A stretch of DNA of 50,103 nucleotides, from the NCBI GenBank assembly GCA_004292785.1, contig RDXG01000200.1:1-50103 (forward strand), given 5' to 3'. Origin of the DNA: Bacteroidota bacterium. Lineage in GTDB: Bacteria > Bacteroidota > Bacteroidia > Cytophagales > Thermoflexibacteraceae. Both the position numbers and the translations under genes were made by a program. Shown piece by piece: positions 26,509-35,302 of the stretch. Below the pieces are notes generated by a model, which worked only from the letters and a program-made list of their open reading frames with translations, was not told the origin of the DNA and made no database searches. Within the stretch, counting starts at the first letter, position 1. The number at the start of each line of letters is the position of its first letter.

Positions 26509-27138
26509 TTATTTTTGTGCAATAATTAACAATTTATTTTTAAGCACTTTCAAAATTCGTAAAATTTCAAAAATATCTTGATTTCGCACAGAATAATCTT
26601 TGCTGATGCTGTACTCTTTTTCGTTTAAAAGCATAAAATACCAAGCAGAACCAATGACAAATAAGCCATAAATAGGGAATTGATTCTCATTTTGACTTTG
26701 CGCAACAAGCATGGCAGCCAAACATTGTCCCGCAGGATCGCCATCGTGATCAATTCCTTTTTTGAACTCGTGAAAACAAAAATAGGGCTGTTTTGGGTCT
26801 TGTTTGCCTTTTGCGATCATCAAATCGGGAAATCCGCTAATTTCTTCGCCATCCACAATACCAGAAAGTGCGCGCAAAGAAAAAGCCAAAAAATAGTCTG
26901 TATCAAAATTCACCAAACTCAAAATTGGGCTGATGACTTTTTCACGCAATTCCCATTCGTTGTAATAATTGATTCTGCGAGAAACATTATTTTGAAGTCG
27001 TTTGAGAAAATTTGTTTCCTCTTCAAAAATTTCGGTTTTTTCCTCCAACCACTCCACAAGTATTGAGTGATCAAAAACTTCTTTTAAACCAAAACGTTCC
27101 TCTAATTTTTGTAATTTCCAATCTGAAAATTTGCTCAT
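26509..27138 (-). CDS. stand-alone PD-(D/E)xK nuclease-fold protein (HsdR N-terminal-like)
   Basis: 209 aa. Candidate catalytic pattern: E (NEWELREK), PD (GFPDLMI), E-x-K (HEFKK). C-terminal YG....G..W.F motif. Confidence 0.65.
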   Translation of the reverse strand: MSKFSDWKLQKLEERFGLKEVFDHSILVEWLEEKTEIFEEETNFLKRLQNNVSRRINYYNEWELREKVISPILSLVNFDTDYFLAFSLRALSGIVDGEEISGFPDLMIAKGKQDPKQPYFCFHEFKKGIDHDGDPAGQCLAAMLVAQSQNENQFPIYGLFVIGSAWYFMLLNEKEYSISKDYSVRNQDIFEILRILKVLKNKLLIIAQK

Positions 27139-27150
27139 TATTTTAATTTT

Positions 27151-28374
27151 TTAGTCTTTTTTAAAGTTTTTATATGCCTTTTCAATAGCTTCGTACAACA
27201 AATCACCTTGAATGGTGTAGCCTTTGGGCGTAAGATGTACTTTGTCTTTTTGTGCCAAATTGCTTTTTAACCATTTGTCAATAGATTTTGTACCGCCCAT
27301 TACGTTATAAAAATCCCAAACGGCAACTTTCATTTCTTTTGCCAACTCAAAAATCTGCTCACGAACTTTGGCAGGTGCAGCATTGTGTTTGTTCCCCCTG
27401 TATGAATCTCCGCAAGTGGTGATCAAAATAGAACTTTTAGGCGAAACTTTGCGAATATCAGCAACCATTTGGCGAAGATCAGTTTTGTAACTTTCTTCAT
27501 TAAAAATTGGCGAATGGGCATCGTTTGTTCCCAAAGAGATAATAACCAAATCCGCATTTAAGACTTTCAAATGGCGATCAAAATCTTCGCAACGGAAATA
27601 AGTTTGTACCTTTGCGCCGTTTGTACCGACTGCATGATACAAAATTCCTTGATCTTCGTTTTCTAAAACCATGCCTTGCAACACAAACTGACGCTGTTTT
27701 TTGGTCATTTTGTTGAAAGTAAGCGTAACCGATTTTTGCGGTTCTTTGAACGCATATTCTACAAAACCGCTTTTGCTTGAATAAATAGAAAGCAAATTTT
27801 TGGATTTGGTAGCAATGCTCACCGTAAAAGATGCAGGATCAAAAACGGGATAAAATATTTTGATTTTAGAAATTTTTAACTCCTCTTGTTTTTCTTTGCT
27901 GTCAATCGTAATTGTAGATTTTTCGTCATAAGTAACTGCCGTAATTCCTGCCAAGCCCCAGCGACTAAAAGAGTCTGCTTTGATGCTTCTTTTGCCCTCC
28001 CAAGTACCTGTATAACTGCTGTGATAATTATGCGGATTATTAGTTTTTGCTGCTTCATAAGGAAACACAAAACCACGCCCTCCGCTAGAAAAACGATTAT
28101 TTTGCTGAAACAATTCCCGAACTCTGCCAGAAAAAATATCTGCTTGAATGTGAGAATCTCCAATATGCACAATGTTTACTTTTCGTTTTTTGTCCTTGCT
28201 TTCAAGGGCATCAAGTGCTGAAAAAAAATGTTTCATACAGTTTTGATCAGGAAAAAACAACTGATTTTCAGACTTTTTGATAAAAGGAAAATTTTGTGCT
28301 TGGGCATTTGAAAAAATTGCCAAAAACCCAAAAAAAAGAGTTTTGATCCAAATATATTTTAAGTTTTTTAGCAT
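27151..28374 (-). CDS. secreted SGNH/GDSL-type hydrolase
   Basis: Signal peptide. Block I HIGDSH, block III-like GTNGA, block V SLGTNDAH. Confidence 0.75.
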   Translation of the reverse strand: MLKNLKYIWIKTLFFGFLAIFSNAQAQNFPFIKKSENQLFFPDQNCMKHFFSALDALESKDKKRKVNIVHIGDSHIQADIFSGRVRELFQQNNRFSSGGRGFVFPYEAAKTNNPHNYHSSYTGTWEGKRSIKADSFSRWGLAGITAVTYDEKSTITIDSKEKQEELKISKIKIFYPVFDPASFTVSIATKSKNLLSIYSSKSGFVEYAFKEPQKSVTLTFNKMTKKQRQFVLQGMVLENEDQGILYHAVGTNGAKVQTYFRCEDFDRHLKVLNADLVIISLGTNDAHSPIFNEESYKTDLRQMVADIRKVSPKSSILITTCGDSYRGNKHNAAPAKVREQIFELAKEMKVAVWDFYNVMGGTKSIDKWLKSNLAQKDKVHLTPKGYTIQGDLLYEAIEKAYKNFKKD

Positions 28375-28405
28375 TTTTACAAATATTTTTGACGTGAAAT
28401 TATGA

Positions 28406-28446
28406 ATTTTTAACGTTTGGCAAGGTCTTTAACCATTGCCAACGTT
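28406..28446. repeat. hairpin element sharing a 21-nt exact core with 9555-9575
   Basis: ATTTTTAACGTTTGGCAAGGT, then closing arm TTGCCAACGTT (stem AACGTT(T)GGCAA/TTGCCAACGTT). Located between the acyltransferase stop and the SGNH hydrolase start. Confidence 0.8.
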
Positions 28447-28448
28447 TA

Positions 28449-29051
28449 CTAATTATAACGCAAATCTACGCTAAATCTTTCAGGATATTTTGGAGTAATT
28501 TCTTTATAAAAATCCATAATTTCTCGCATTTCCTTTTCAAAATCTCCTGTCGGAAAGATAACTTTTCCTACTCCTGCTATTTTATTTTTATAATCCACAA
28601 AACCCAATGCAATAGGTACTTGCCCCCCAACTGCTACATGATAAAAACCTGTTTTCCATTTGGTAGCCAACGATCTTGTACCTTCTGGAGTTACCAAAAC
28701 GGTAAGTTGTTCGTTTTGATCAAACAAGGCAATCATGCCTTCAACAATGCTGTTTCGTTTGCCTTCCTCTCTTTTTAGGTTGCGATCAATCGGAATACCG
28801 CCTATAAATTTGATAAAAAAACCAATTGGCGAATCGAACCATTCTTTTTTGATGGTAAAACGAACAGGAACATCCAACAAAGCAAAGGCAGCGCGGGTAA
28901 ACACAATGTCCCAATTACTTGTGTGCGGTGCGGCGATCATAACACATTTTTTTATATTTGCAGGTAAATTCCCGCCTAATTTCCAGCCTGCAAGCAAAAA
29001 AATTATTTTGGCAACAGCGTATAAAAAACCATCTTTGAGTTTGCGAAACAT
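28449..29051 (-). CDS. lysophospholipid (1-acyl-sn-glycerol-3-phosphate) acyltransferase family protein
   Basis: HxxxxD motif (APHTSNWD) and PEGTR motif. 200 aa. Confidence 0.85.
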   Translation of the reverse strand: MFRKLKDGFLYAVAKIIFLLAGWKLGGNLPANIKKCVMIAAPHTSNWDIVFTRAAFALLDVPVRFTIKKEWFDSPIGFFIKFIGGIPIDRNLKREEGKRNSIVEGMIALFDQNEQLTVLVTPEGTRSLATKWKTGFYHVAVGGQVPIALGFVDYKNKIAGVGKVIFPTGDFEKEMREIMDFYKEITPKYPERFSVDLRYN

Positions 29052-29084
29052 AAATAATGTTAGTTTTAAATAAAAAAAATGAAA

Positions 29085-29109
29085 ACAGGCAATTCAAAAA
29101 ACTGCCTGT
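29085..29109 (-). terminator. intrinsic terminator after the propeller lipoprotein gene
   Basis: ACAGGCA / TGCCTGT stem. On the minus strand it is followed by a T-rich run. Confidence 0.6.
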
Positions 29110-29118
29110 CAGATTTGC

Positions 29119-30021
29119 TTATTTCATTTTATAAGCAACTACTTTATTGTCAAAAAATGTAGGCACTAACAACAATTTGTATTTCACGCTATAAGTGATA
29201 TCCGCACTGTTGATTTTTTGGTCTTGGCTATTCAAAATTTGAACTTTTTTGCCATCAGCAAAATAATAAATTGCTCCAACCCATTCCGACAAATAATAAT
29301 TTTGTTTTTCATCTTTACCAATTCCATCACCTTGAATGCTGTCTGCAAGCGGTGTAACTGCTTTGGTAGCGTAATCCACACTGTTAAATTTGCCGTTTGC
29401 GTGCATAAGTAAACGGTTTTCTTCTGCAAAAAGCCCGTTGCAATTTTGCAATTTGTCCAAAAAATCCTCTGTTTTTTCGCCTGTCAAAGTGTGGACTTTG
29501 CCCGCCTCCATGTCCGTAAAAAATACTGTTCCTTTGGCATCAACTGTAACATCATTCAAAAATTTAGCATCTTTGATTGGGTATTTTTTTACAATTTTAC
29601 CTTTTTCGATGTCAATTTTTACCAAATTATCGATGTCGGTTACATACAAAAAGCCATTAAAAACCGCCATTCCTTTGGGTGCATTTAAGCCTTTTACCCA
29701 TTCCAAAGTTTCGACTTTTCCGTCTGCTTTTAGTTTAGAAATAAAACCGTTTCCATCTTTTGCTAAAGGATTTTTCCCGCCAATGTTAGCCACATAGAAA
29801 ACGTCTTTTGCTTCGTCATAAAGCACAGATTCTGGAGTGTTAAAAACGGCTTCTGTTGCCCAGACTTGTTCAATTTCAGGAACTGCGGGCTTTTCTACGC
29901 CTTGTTTTAAAGTATCTTGGCTCATGGTGCGGTTTTCTGTACTTTCGCTTTCCGCAGGTTTTTTGTTACAAGATGCCAAAGAAATGAAGGCAAAAAAGAA
30001 TAATAAAGGCAATTTTTTCAT
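29119..30021 (-). CDS. lipoprotein with beta-propeller (SMP-30/gluconolactonase/LRE-like) repeats
   Basis: Start at the internal ATG 30021 gives MKKLPLLFFFAFISLASC (lipobox). Repeated blade-like segments. The product call is tentative. Confidence 0.6.
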   Translation of the reverse strand: MKKLPLLFFFAFISLASCNKKPAESESTENRTMSQDTLKQGVEKPAVPEIEQVWATEAVFNTPESVLYDEAKDVFYVANIGGKNPLAKDGNGFISKLKADGKVETLEWVKGLNAPKGMAVFNGFLYVTDIDNLVKIDIEKGKIVKKYPIKDAKFLNDVTVDAKGTVFFTDMEAGKVHTLTGEKTEDFLDKLQNCNGLFAEENRLLMHANGKFNSVDYATKAVTPLADSIQGDGIGKDEKQNYYLSEWVGAIYYFADGKKVQILNSQDQKINSADITYSVKYKLLLVPTFFDNKVVAYKMK

Positions 30022-30095
30022 TTTTTTTAATTTAAAGTTTTTGAATTTTAAATACTTAAAAATGTCCGACAAATGTCTGACTTAAGTTGTTTATT

Positions 30096-30719
30096 TTAAA
30101 ATTTAATTGGGTCAAGATGTTTAAAATGTCCATTCATTTTAATTCTTTCCTTTGTTTTTTCCATGTCGCGCATGACAGGAATAGATTGTTGCAAATGATC
30201 GATCAAAAAGTCGATTCTTTGGCTTTCGCTGGGCATAGTTAGCAAAATATATTCTTTTTGCAAAGAAAGTCCGATTTTATGTGCAAATAAAAAAGACAGA
30301 TGAGTTACTTTTGTTTCAAAACGGAACGGAATTTTTACAATTTCGTAAAGTTCTTGAACAGTTGCAATAAGTTTTAGTTTTTGCACAATATCTGCGTCAT
30401 CTATATTTTTGATTCGTTCTATTTCTCCGCCTGCGTGTAATTTGTTTTCCATTGGATTTACAAAGTCCAAAATCTGAAAAATTCCTATTCCCTTGCTGCG
30501 AATATCCATTCTTCCGTCTGAATATTGGTTTACAAGTTCAACAATTTTCATTTCAGTGCCTACTCTTTGTACTTGTTTATCCATAAAGACAGGAATACCA
30601 AAAGTTTGTTCTTTTTCCAAACAATCTTTGATAAGTTCCTTATAACGCGGTTCAAATATATGCAAATTCACTTCCTCGTCAGGATAAGCTATCAAATTTA
30701 AGGGAAATAATGCCAACAT
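30096..30719 (-). CDS. LON substrate-binding (LON N-terminal) domain protein
   Basis: The N-terminus LFPLNLIAYPDEEVNLHIFEPRYKELI is the classical LON N-domain opening. 207 aa. Confidence 0.8.
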   Translation of the reverse strand: MLALFPLNLIAYPDEEVNLHIFEPRYKELIKDCLEKEQTFGIPVFMDKQVQRVGTEMKIVELVNQYSDGRMDIRSKGIGIFQILDFVNPMENKLHAGGEIERIKNIDDADIVQKLKLIATVQELYEIVKIPFRFETKVTHLSFLFAHKIGLSLQKEYILLTMPSESQRIDFLIDHLQQSIPVMRDMEKTKERIKMNGHFKHLDPIKF

Positions 30720-30913
30720 ATATCAAATAAAATTAAAATATAAAATTACGAATTTTTTGAGAAAATTTAACTTAATTTGCTCAAATATTTGAACTTAATA
30801 AAGTTCAAAATTAAACGCTTTTTATGGAATAGACAAAAAATTTGATTTTTTTATTCAAAAAGCAATGAAAATTAAAATTTAAACATTTCAAAACATAGCT
30901 AAAATTGCTTTTT

Positions 30914-31462
30914 ATGAAAGTAAGAAATAAAGAAAAGGAAAAAGATGACAAAAATTTGGTATTTGAAAAAGAGCAAAACATATTGCAACACAGTCAAAAA
31001 GTTTTGGAAGAAAGCGAAAGCCTTTCAAAAATAAAATGGGCAAGCGAATACGAAACTTTAATGAGTAGTTATGCTCAATTACTAAACGAAACCAAATTAT
31101 TAACTTCGGTGAGTGATCGTTTGCAAAATAAACTCAATAAAGCCAACGATCAAATTGCAAAAAAAAATGCAGAATTGCAAGAAACCATCGACGAACTTAC
31201 CAAAGCAAAAGCTAGTCGGAAGGCGGGAACAATTATTTTGTTAATTGCAATCGGATTTTTCTTGTTTTCAGAACTTATCGATCCTTATGTGATGGCATTG
31301 GTGAACGCTACAGATAGCCTTTTTCATTCGATGATAGTTCCATTTTTAATTAAAGGAGTTTTGGTAGTTGTTCTTAAACCTATAGAGTCTTTTGTGGAAG
31401 ATAGGCTTTTAAAATTGGCACAAAAACAAAAGAAAAAAGAACAAGAGGCAGCAATAGCCTAA
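30914..31462 (+). CDS. hypothetical coiled-coil membrane protein
   Basis: ATG at 30914. N-terminal coiled coil, two hydrophobic helices, and a basic tail. Followed by a strong terminator. Confidence 0.6.
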   Translation: MKVRNKEKEKDDKNLVFEKEQNILQHSQKVLEESESLSKIKWASEYETLMSSYAQLLNETKLLTSVSDRLQNKLNKANDQIAKKNAELQETIDELTKAKASRKAGTIILLIAIGFFLFSELIDPYVMALVNATDSLFHSMIVPFLIKGVLVVVLKPIESFVEDRLLKLAQKQKKKEQEAAIA

Positions 31463-31467
31463 AAAAA

Positions 31468-31501
31468 TAACCCTTTATGCAAACAAAGGGTTATTTTTTT
31501 G
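31468..31501. terminator. bidirectional intrinsic terminator
   Basis: 9-bp stem TAACCCTTT / AAAGGGTTA with an 8-nt loop, an A-run before it and a T-run after it. It lies between convergent genes (30914-31462 and secG). Confidence 0.8.
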
Positions 31502-31516
31502 GTAAAAGACCTATTT

Positions 31517-31873
31517 TTATTTTTTACTTGTATCCGTTGGAGTTACAGGTTGTTGTAAAACATTACTTGTATCTGGCGAAGTTGGCGCAACCACATTTTG
31601 ACGAGCAGCCTCTTCGTTAGGACTTACAAACTGCTGCTGTCCACCTGTTTTATCCACCAAAACATTGGTGATCAAAGCCAAAAACAACAAGGAAATAGCA
31701 AATCCCCAAGTCAATTTTTCTAAAATATCGGTTGTTCTCTGTGCGCCCATAATTTGAGAACCAGCACTACCAAATTGAGACGACATTCCTCCACCTTTAG
31801 AATTTTGCATCAACACCACCAAAATCAACAAAACAGCAATGGTGAGAATAATTCCGATAATAAACGTAATCAT
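31517..31873 (-). CDS. secG: preprotein translocase subunit SecG
   Basis: 118 aa with two TM helices. LMQNSKGGGMSSQFG is the conserved SecG loop. Confidence 0.85.
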   Translation of the reverse strand: MITFIIGIILTIAVLLILVVLMQNSKGGGMSSQFGSAGSQIMGAQRTTDILEKLTWGFAISLLFLALITNVLVDKTGGQQQFVSPNEEAARQNVVAPTSPDTSNVLQQPVTPTDTSKK

Positions 31874-31949
31874 AATGAGTATTTTTTAAGTTTTTCTATT
31901 TGGGTTGCAAAATAAGTAAATTTTAAGCAACTTTCCAAAAGTTTAAAAT

Positions 31950-32036
31950 TTATTTGTTGTTTGGTTTTGAGAACAAATATACGCCGCCCAACAAAAGTAA
32001 AATTAATCCAAGTATTCCTAAAATGACGACTATCAT
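31950..32036 (-). CDS. candidate 28-aa single-TM micro-protein
   Basis: Not in the ORF track (below its size cut-off). ATG at 32036, 5 nt after the stop of the upstream gene. Translation MIVVILGILGLILLLLGGVYLFSKPNNK. I have no homology evidence. Confidence 0.3.
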   Translation of the reverse strand: MIVVILGILGLILLLLGGVYLFSKPNNK

Positions 32037-32040
32037 ATTT

Positions 32041-34230
32041 TTAGTGTTTAAGTTTTTCTATTTGTTCAGAAAAATAACTGGTTTTTTCAGGATACTGCAA
32101 CAATAATCGCTCATAAATTGTCAATGCTTTGGCTGTATTATTCTGTTGAACATACATCTTTGCCATGCGTTCAGCAGCAGAAAAAGGGCTTTGCAAATCG
32201 TTATCTTGCTCAAAAACAAGTGATTGACTCACAGGTTTATCTGTACTAAGTACATTTGTAACTTCTGAAAAACTTGTTATTTGCTGAACTTTGTTTTCAG
32301 TTTGCACAAATTCATTTGATGACCAAATTTGGATATTACTTGTTTTTTGATTCTCGTTTTTTGTTGCAAAAACCGTATTTTCAATATCCACAGGCAGACT
32401 TTGTAAAGTGTTTTTTTGGCTTTCTGTTTTTGCAAACAAAATTATTTCAGGCGAAATCATGTCTATAAAATCCGCATCGATGATGGAGTGTTGCTCAAAA
32501 ACAGACGGAATATCAATTTTTCCAAGTAATTCCGCCAAATCAGGATCATCTGTTGGATGTTCAGATTCGGTGTTGGTTTCTAAGTTTTCATCAATTTCTT
32601 CTTCGGCAACTACTTCAGTGTTTTGTAAATCCATTAAATTATTTGTTTGGTTTTCTTCCAAAGATTCCTCAAAAAAACTTTTTTCTGAACCTTTGATTGC
32701 AGAAACTTCAGTATTTTCTAAAACCTGCAAAGGTTCAGAATGTTCTGCGATTGGTTTTTCTGTAGTTTCTGTTTGGCTTTGCAAAGATTCTTCAAAAAAG
32801 TTTTTTTCTGAATCTTTTAACAAAGCAGAAACTTCGGTTATTTTTTCTAAAACCTGATTTTCTTCAGTTTTTTCTGATGATTTTGTTCCTTTTTCAGACT
32901 CTTCGTCAAAAAAACTTTTTACATCATCTTCTATTTCAGAGGCAATTTTTTCTTTTTCGTCTGCAAAAAAATCTTTTTCTTCAAACTCGTTTGTTTCAAA
33001 ACTTATCAATTCGTTGGCATTTTCTTTTTCAACATACAAAGAATTTTCGAATGGCGGAACGTTAATTTTTTCTGCATCATCTGCCAAAGAACTTTCTGTT
33101 TGCAAAGCTGAAATTTCATCAAAAAAACTTGTATTTTCTTTGTCTATTGGTTTTTGAGAAATATTAGATTGCAAGGATTCCTCAAAAACGCCAAGATTCT
33201 CGTTCTGAACTTCGAGTTTTTCCTCGACAATTTCGGTGGCTTTTTCGCTTTGAATTTCCTCGAAAAAACTCACATTTTCATTCTGAACTTTGAGTTTTTC
33301 CTCGACAATTTCGGTGGTTTTTTCGCTTTGAATTTCCTCGAAAAAGCTAACATTTTCATTCTGAACTTCAGGTTTTTCCTCGACAATTTCGGTGGTTTTT
33401 TCGCTTTGAATTTCCTCGAAAAAGCTAACATTTTCATTATGAACTTCGAGTTTTTCCTCGACAATTTCTGGAGCTTTTTCGCTTTGAACTTCCTCGAAAA
33501 AGCTAACATTTTCGTTCTGAACTTCGAGTTTTTCCTCGACAATTTCGATGGTTTTTTCGCTTTGAATTTCCTCGAAAAAGCTAACATTTTCGTTCTCGAT
33601 TTGAGTTTTTTGTTCAGTAACTTCGGGCAAAATAATTTGCGTTTCAGTTTTATTTTCTAACAAAAGTTCTTCATTTTGAGGACTTTCTGTAATGATTTCT
33701 GATTTTTCAGATGTTTTTTGCTCTGTTGTTTTGGTAAATTCTTGGAAATGTTCATCAAAAAAACTAATTTCATTTTCTGCTTTTGAGAAAATTTCGACAG
33801 AAGCAATTTGTTCTTCTTCGATGGCTTTTTTGCTCAAATCAATGCTCGAAACTTTAATTTCTTGAATAATTTTTTCTTCTACAAAAACCTTATTTTCAAC
33901 TTCTATGGGTTGAATTTGGGGAGTTTCTGCAATTTTTTCTTCTATAATTTCTGTTTTTTGAACTTTTGCAATTCTCACCACAGGCGGCGGTGGCAAATGT
34001 GGATTATAGTTTTGATGAATAATTTTTTGCAACAAACTTCTATCTAAGGTGTATATTGCTGCTTTTTGGATCGAAGAAGCTGAATTTTCTGCCTTTGCTT
34101 TCAAAACATAAGCCGACTGAAAAAATGGATATTTTTGAGTCAAAATTTGTAGCCCATCAATTTCCGTTTCACCCACCAAATTAGGGGTCTGTAAAAGTGC
34201 CAAATACTCTTTTTTGCTTAGATTTGTCAT
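32041..34230 (-). CDS. acidic repeat protein with C-terminal TPR-like helix pair
   Basis: 729 aa and E-rich. Five near-identical 26-aa repeats (NENVSFFEEIQSEKTTEIVEEKLEVQ) plus about 6 degenerate [SN]FF[ED]E motifs. TPR-like C-terminus (AKALTIYERLLLQYPEK). Confidence 0.8.
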   Translation of the reverse strand: MTNLSKKEYLALLQTPNLVGETEIDGLQILTQKYPFFQSAYVLKAKAENSASSIQKAAIYTLDRSLLQKIIHQNYNPHLPPPPVVRIAKVQKTEIIEEKIAETPQIQPIEVENKVFVEEKIIQEIKVSSIDLSKKAIEEEQIASVEIFSKAENEISFFDEHFQEFTKTTEQKTSEKSEIITESPQNEELLLENKTETQIILPEVTEQKTQIENENVSFFEEIQSEKTIEIVEEKLEVQNENVSFFEEVQSEKAPEIVEEKLEVHNENVSFFEEIQSEKTTEIVEEKPEVQNENVSFFEEIQSEKTTEIVEEKLKVQNENVSFFEEIQSEKATEIVEEKLEVQNENLGVFEESLQSNISQKPIDKENTSFFDEISALQTESSLADDAEKINVPPFENSLYVEKENANELISFETNEFEEKDFFADEKEKIASEIEDDVKSFFDEESEKGTKSSEKTEENQVLEKITEVSALLKDSEKNFFEESLQSQTETTEKPIAEHSEPLQVLENTEVSAIKGSEKSFFEESLEENQTNNLMDLQNTEVVAEEEIDENLETNTESEHPTDDPDLAELLGKIDIPSVFEQHSIIDADFIDMISPEIILFAKTESQKNTLQSLPVDIENTVFATKNENQKTSNIQIWSSNEFVQTENKVQQITSFSEVTNVLSTDKPVSQSLVFEQDNDLQSPFSAAERMAKMYVQQNNTAKALTIYERLLLQYPEKTSYFSEQIEKLKH
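33172..33628. repeat. 78-bp tandem repeat, five full copies plus diverged flanking copies
   Basis: Unit starts (c[ga]ttctgaactt) at 33201, 33279, 33357, 33435 and 33513, with a diverged copy at 33591. The period is exactly 78 nt (26 codons). The array lies inside CDS 32041-34230. Confidence 0.9.
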
Positions 34231-34420
34231 TTTAGTTTATTTTTAGAACGCAATTAATAGATTATATCGTATTTTTGCAAATTTTTTTTGCATAAATTCT
34301 AAAAAATATTTATTTCGCTACAAAAAATTGGTAAATAAATTGCGTAAGTATTAGAAATATTTGCTTAAAATTGACTTAATTTTGTCTTAAAAATTTATTT
34401 TTTATCTAAAAACACGCATT

Positions 34421-35230
34421 ATGAAAAACTACTTTTTATACTTTTCGCTTTTTTCTTTGGCTAGTTTATTATTTTTGTCCTGTACCAAAACTGCCGATCC
34501 AATAGAACCGCCTTTTGCTGATTTTGATATTGTGGTCAAAGACTCTTCCACTTCACGAACTATTAGTTTTACTAATAAATCAAAAAATACAAATGCTTAT
34601 CTTTGGGATTTTGGTGACGGTGAATTGGCTTCGGTAGATAACCCAAAACATACCTACAATCAGGGCGGAATTTATACCGTAACCTTGACTGCAAGGGCTT
34701 CTGTGGGCGAAGATCGAGTTTCGAAAACAGTAAATGTACCCATGCAACCTTTGGCAAATTTTACGATTATTGGCGGAGGAGACTGCAAAGCACCTTGCGA
34801 AATTACGTTTCAAAATAGGTCGGTCAATACCAAAAAATATACTTGGGATTTTGGCGACGGTAGCACTGGCACAAGCAAAGACCCCAAACGAAAATATTTG
34901 CGTGGAGGCACTTATACTGTCCGTTTGACTGCCACAGGAGATGGCGGAACTGACCGTTTTTCGAGAACAATTAGCATTGGCGATTCTACGAAAGCACCTG
35001 TCGCAAATTTTGTGATTGTCAATGGAGAATGTGCTTTTCCTTGCGAAATAACCTTTACTAATGCTTCCGTAAATGCAACCGAATTTCGTTGGGATTTTGG
35101 AGATGGCAACCGTTCTAGCGTAAAAAGTCCAAAATATCAATATGGCAAAGCAGGGGTTTATACGGTTCGTTTGACGGCAATTAATGAGTTAGGCATCGAC
35201 GAAATGTTGCAAACCGTAAAAGTGAAATAA
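34421..35230 (+). CDS. lipoprotein with three PKD domains
   Basis: Lipobox LFLSC. Three repeats carry the PKD signature W[DR]FGDG......P.H.Y...G.YTV.LTA. Confidence 0.88.
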   Translation: MKNYFLYFSLFSLASLLFLSCTKTADPIEPPFADFDIVVKDSSTSRTISFTNKSKNTNAYLWDFGDGELASVDNPKHTYNQGGIYTVTLTARASVGEDRVSKTVNVPMQPLANFTIIGGGDCKAPCEITFQNRSVNTKKYTWDFGDGSTGTSKDPKRKYLRGGTYTVRLTATGDGGTDRFSRTISIGDSTKAPVANFVIVNGECAFPCEITFTNASVNATEFRWDFGDGNRSSVKSPKYQYGKAGVYTVRLTAINELGIDEMLQTVKVK

Positions 35231-35241
35231 TAAAAAATTTG

Positions 35242-35274
35242 CCTTCAAGAATATAGATTCTTGAAGGTTTTTTT
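35242..35274. terminator. bidirectional intrinsic terminator
   Basis: Perfect 11-bp stem CCTTCAAGAAT / ATTCTTGAAGG with a tetraloop and a T7 run, between the convergent PKD and radical SAM genes. Confidence 0.8.
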
Positions 35275-35302
35275 ATAGTTTTTTATTTAGTTGTCGTTTT
35301 TA

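Noticed and set aside
33154-33660. Two extra repeat-containing ORFs over the tandem repeat: 33154-33660 on the + strand (NFEFFLDNFGGFFALNFLEK repeats) and 33270-33587 on the - strand in another frame (basic KFKAKKPPKLSRKN repeats).
   Set aside because: A 78-nt (in-frame) repeat lacking stops in several frames keeps all those frames open across every copy. The acidic frame is the only one continuous with a 729-aa protein that has non-repeat N- and C-terminal domains.
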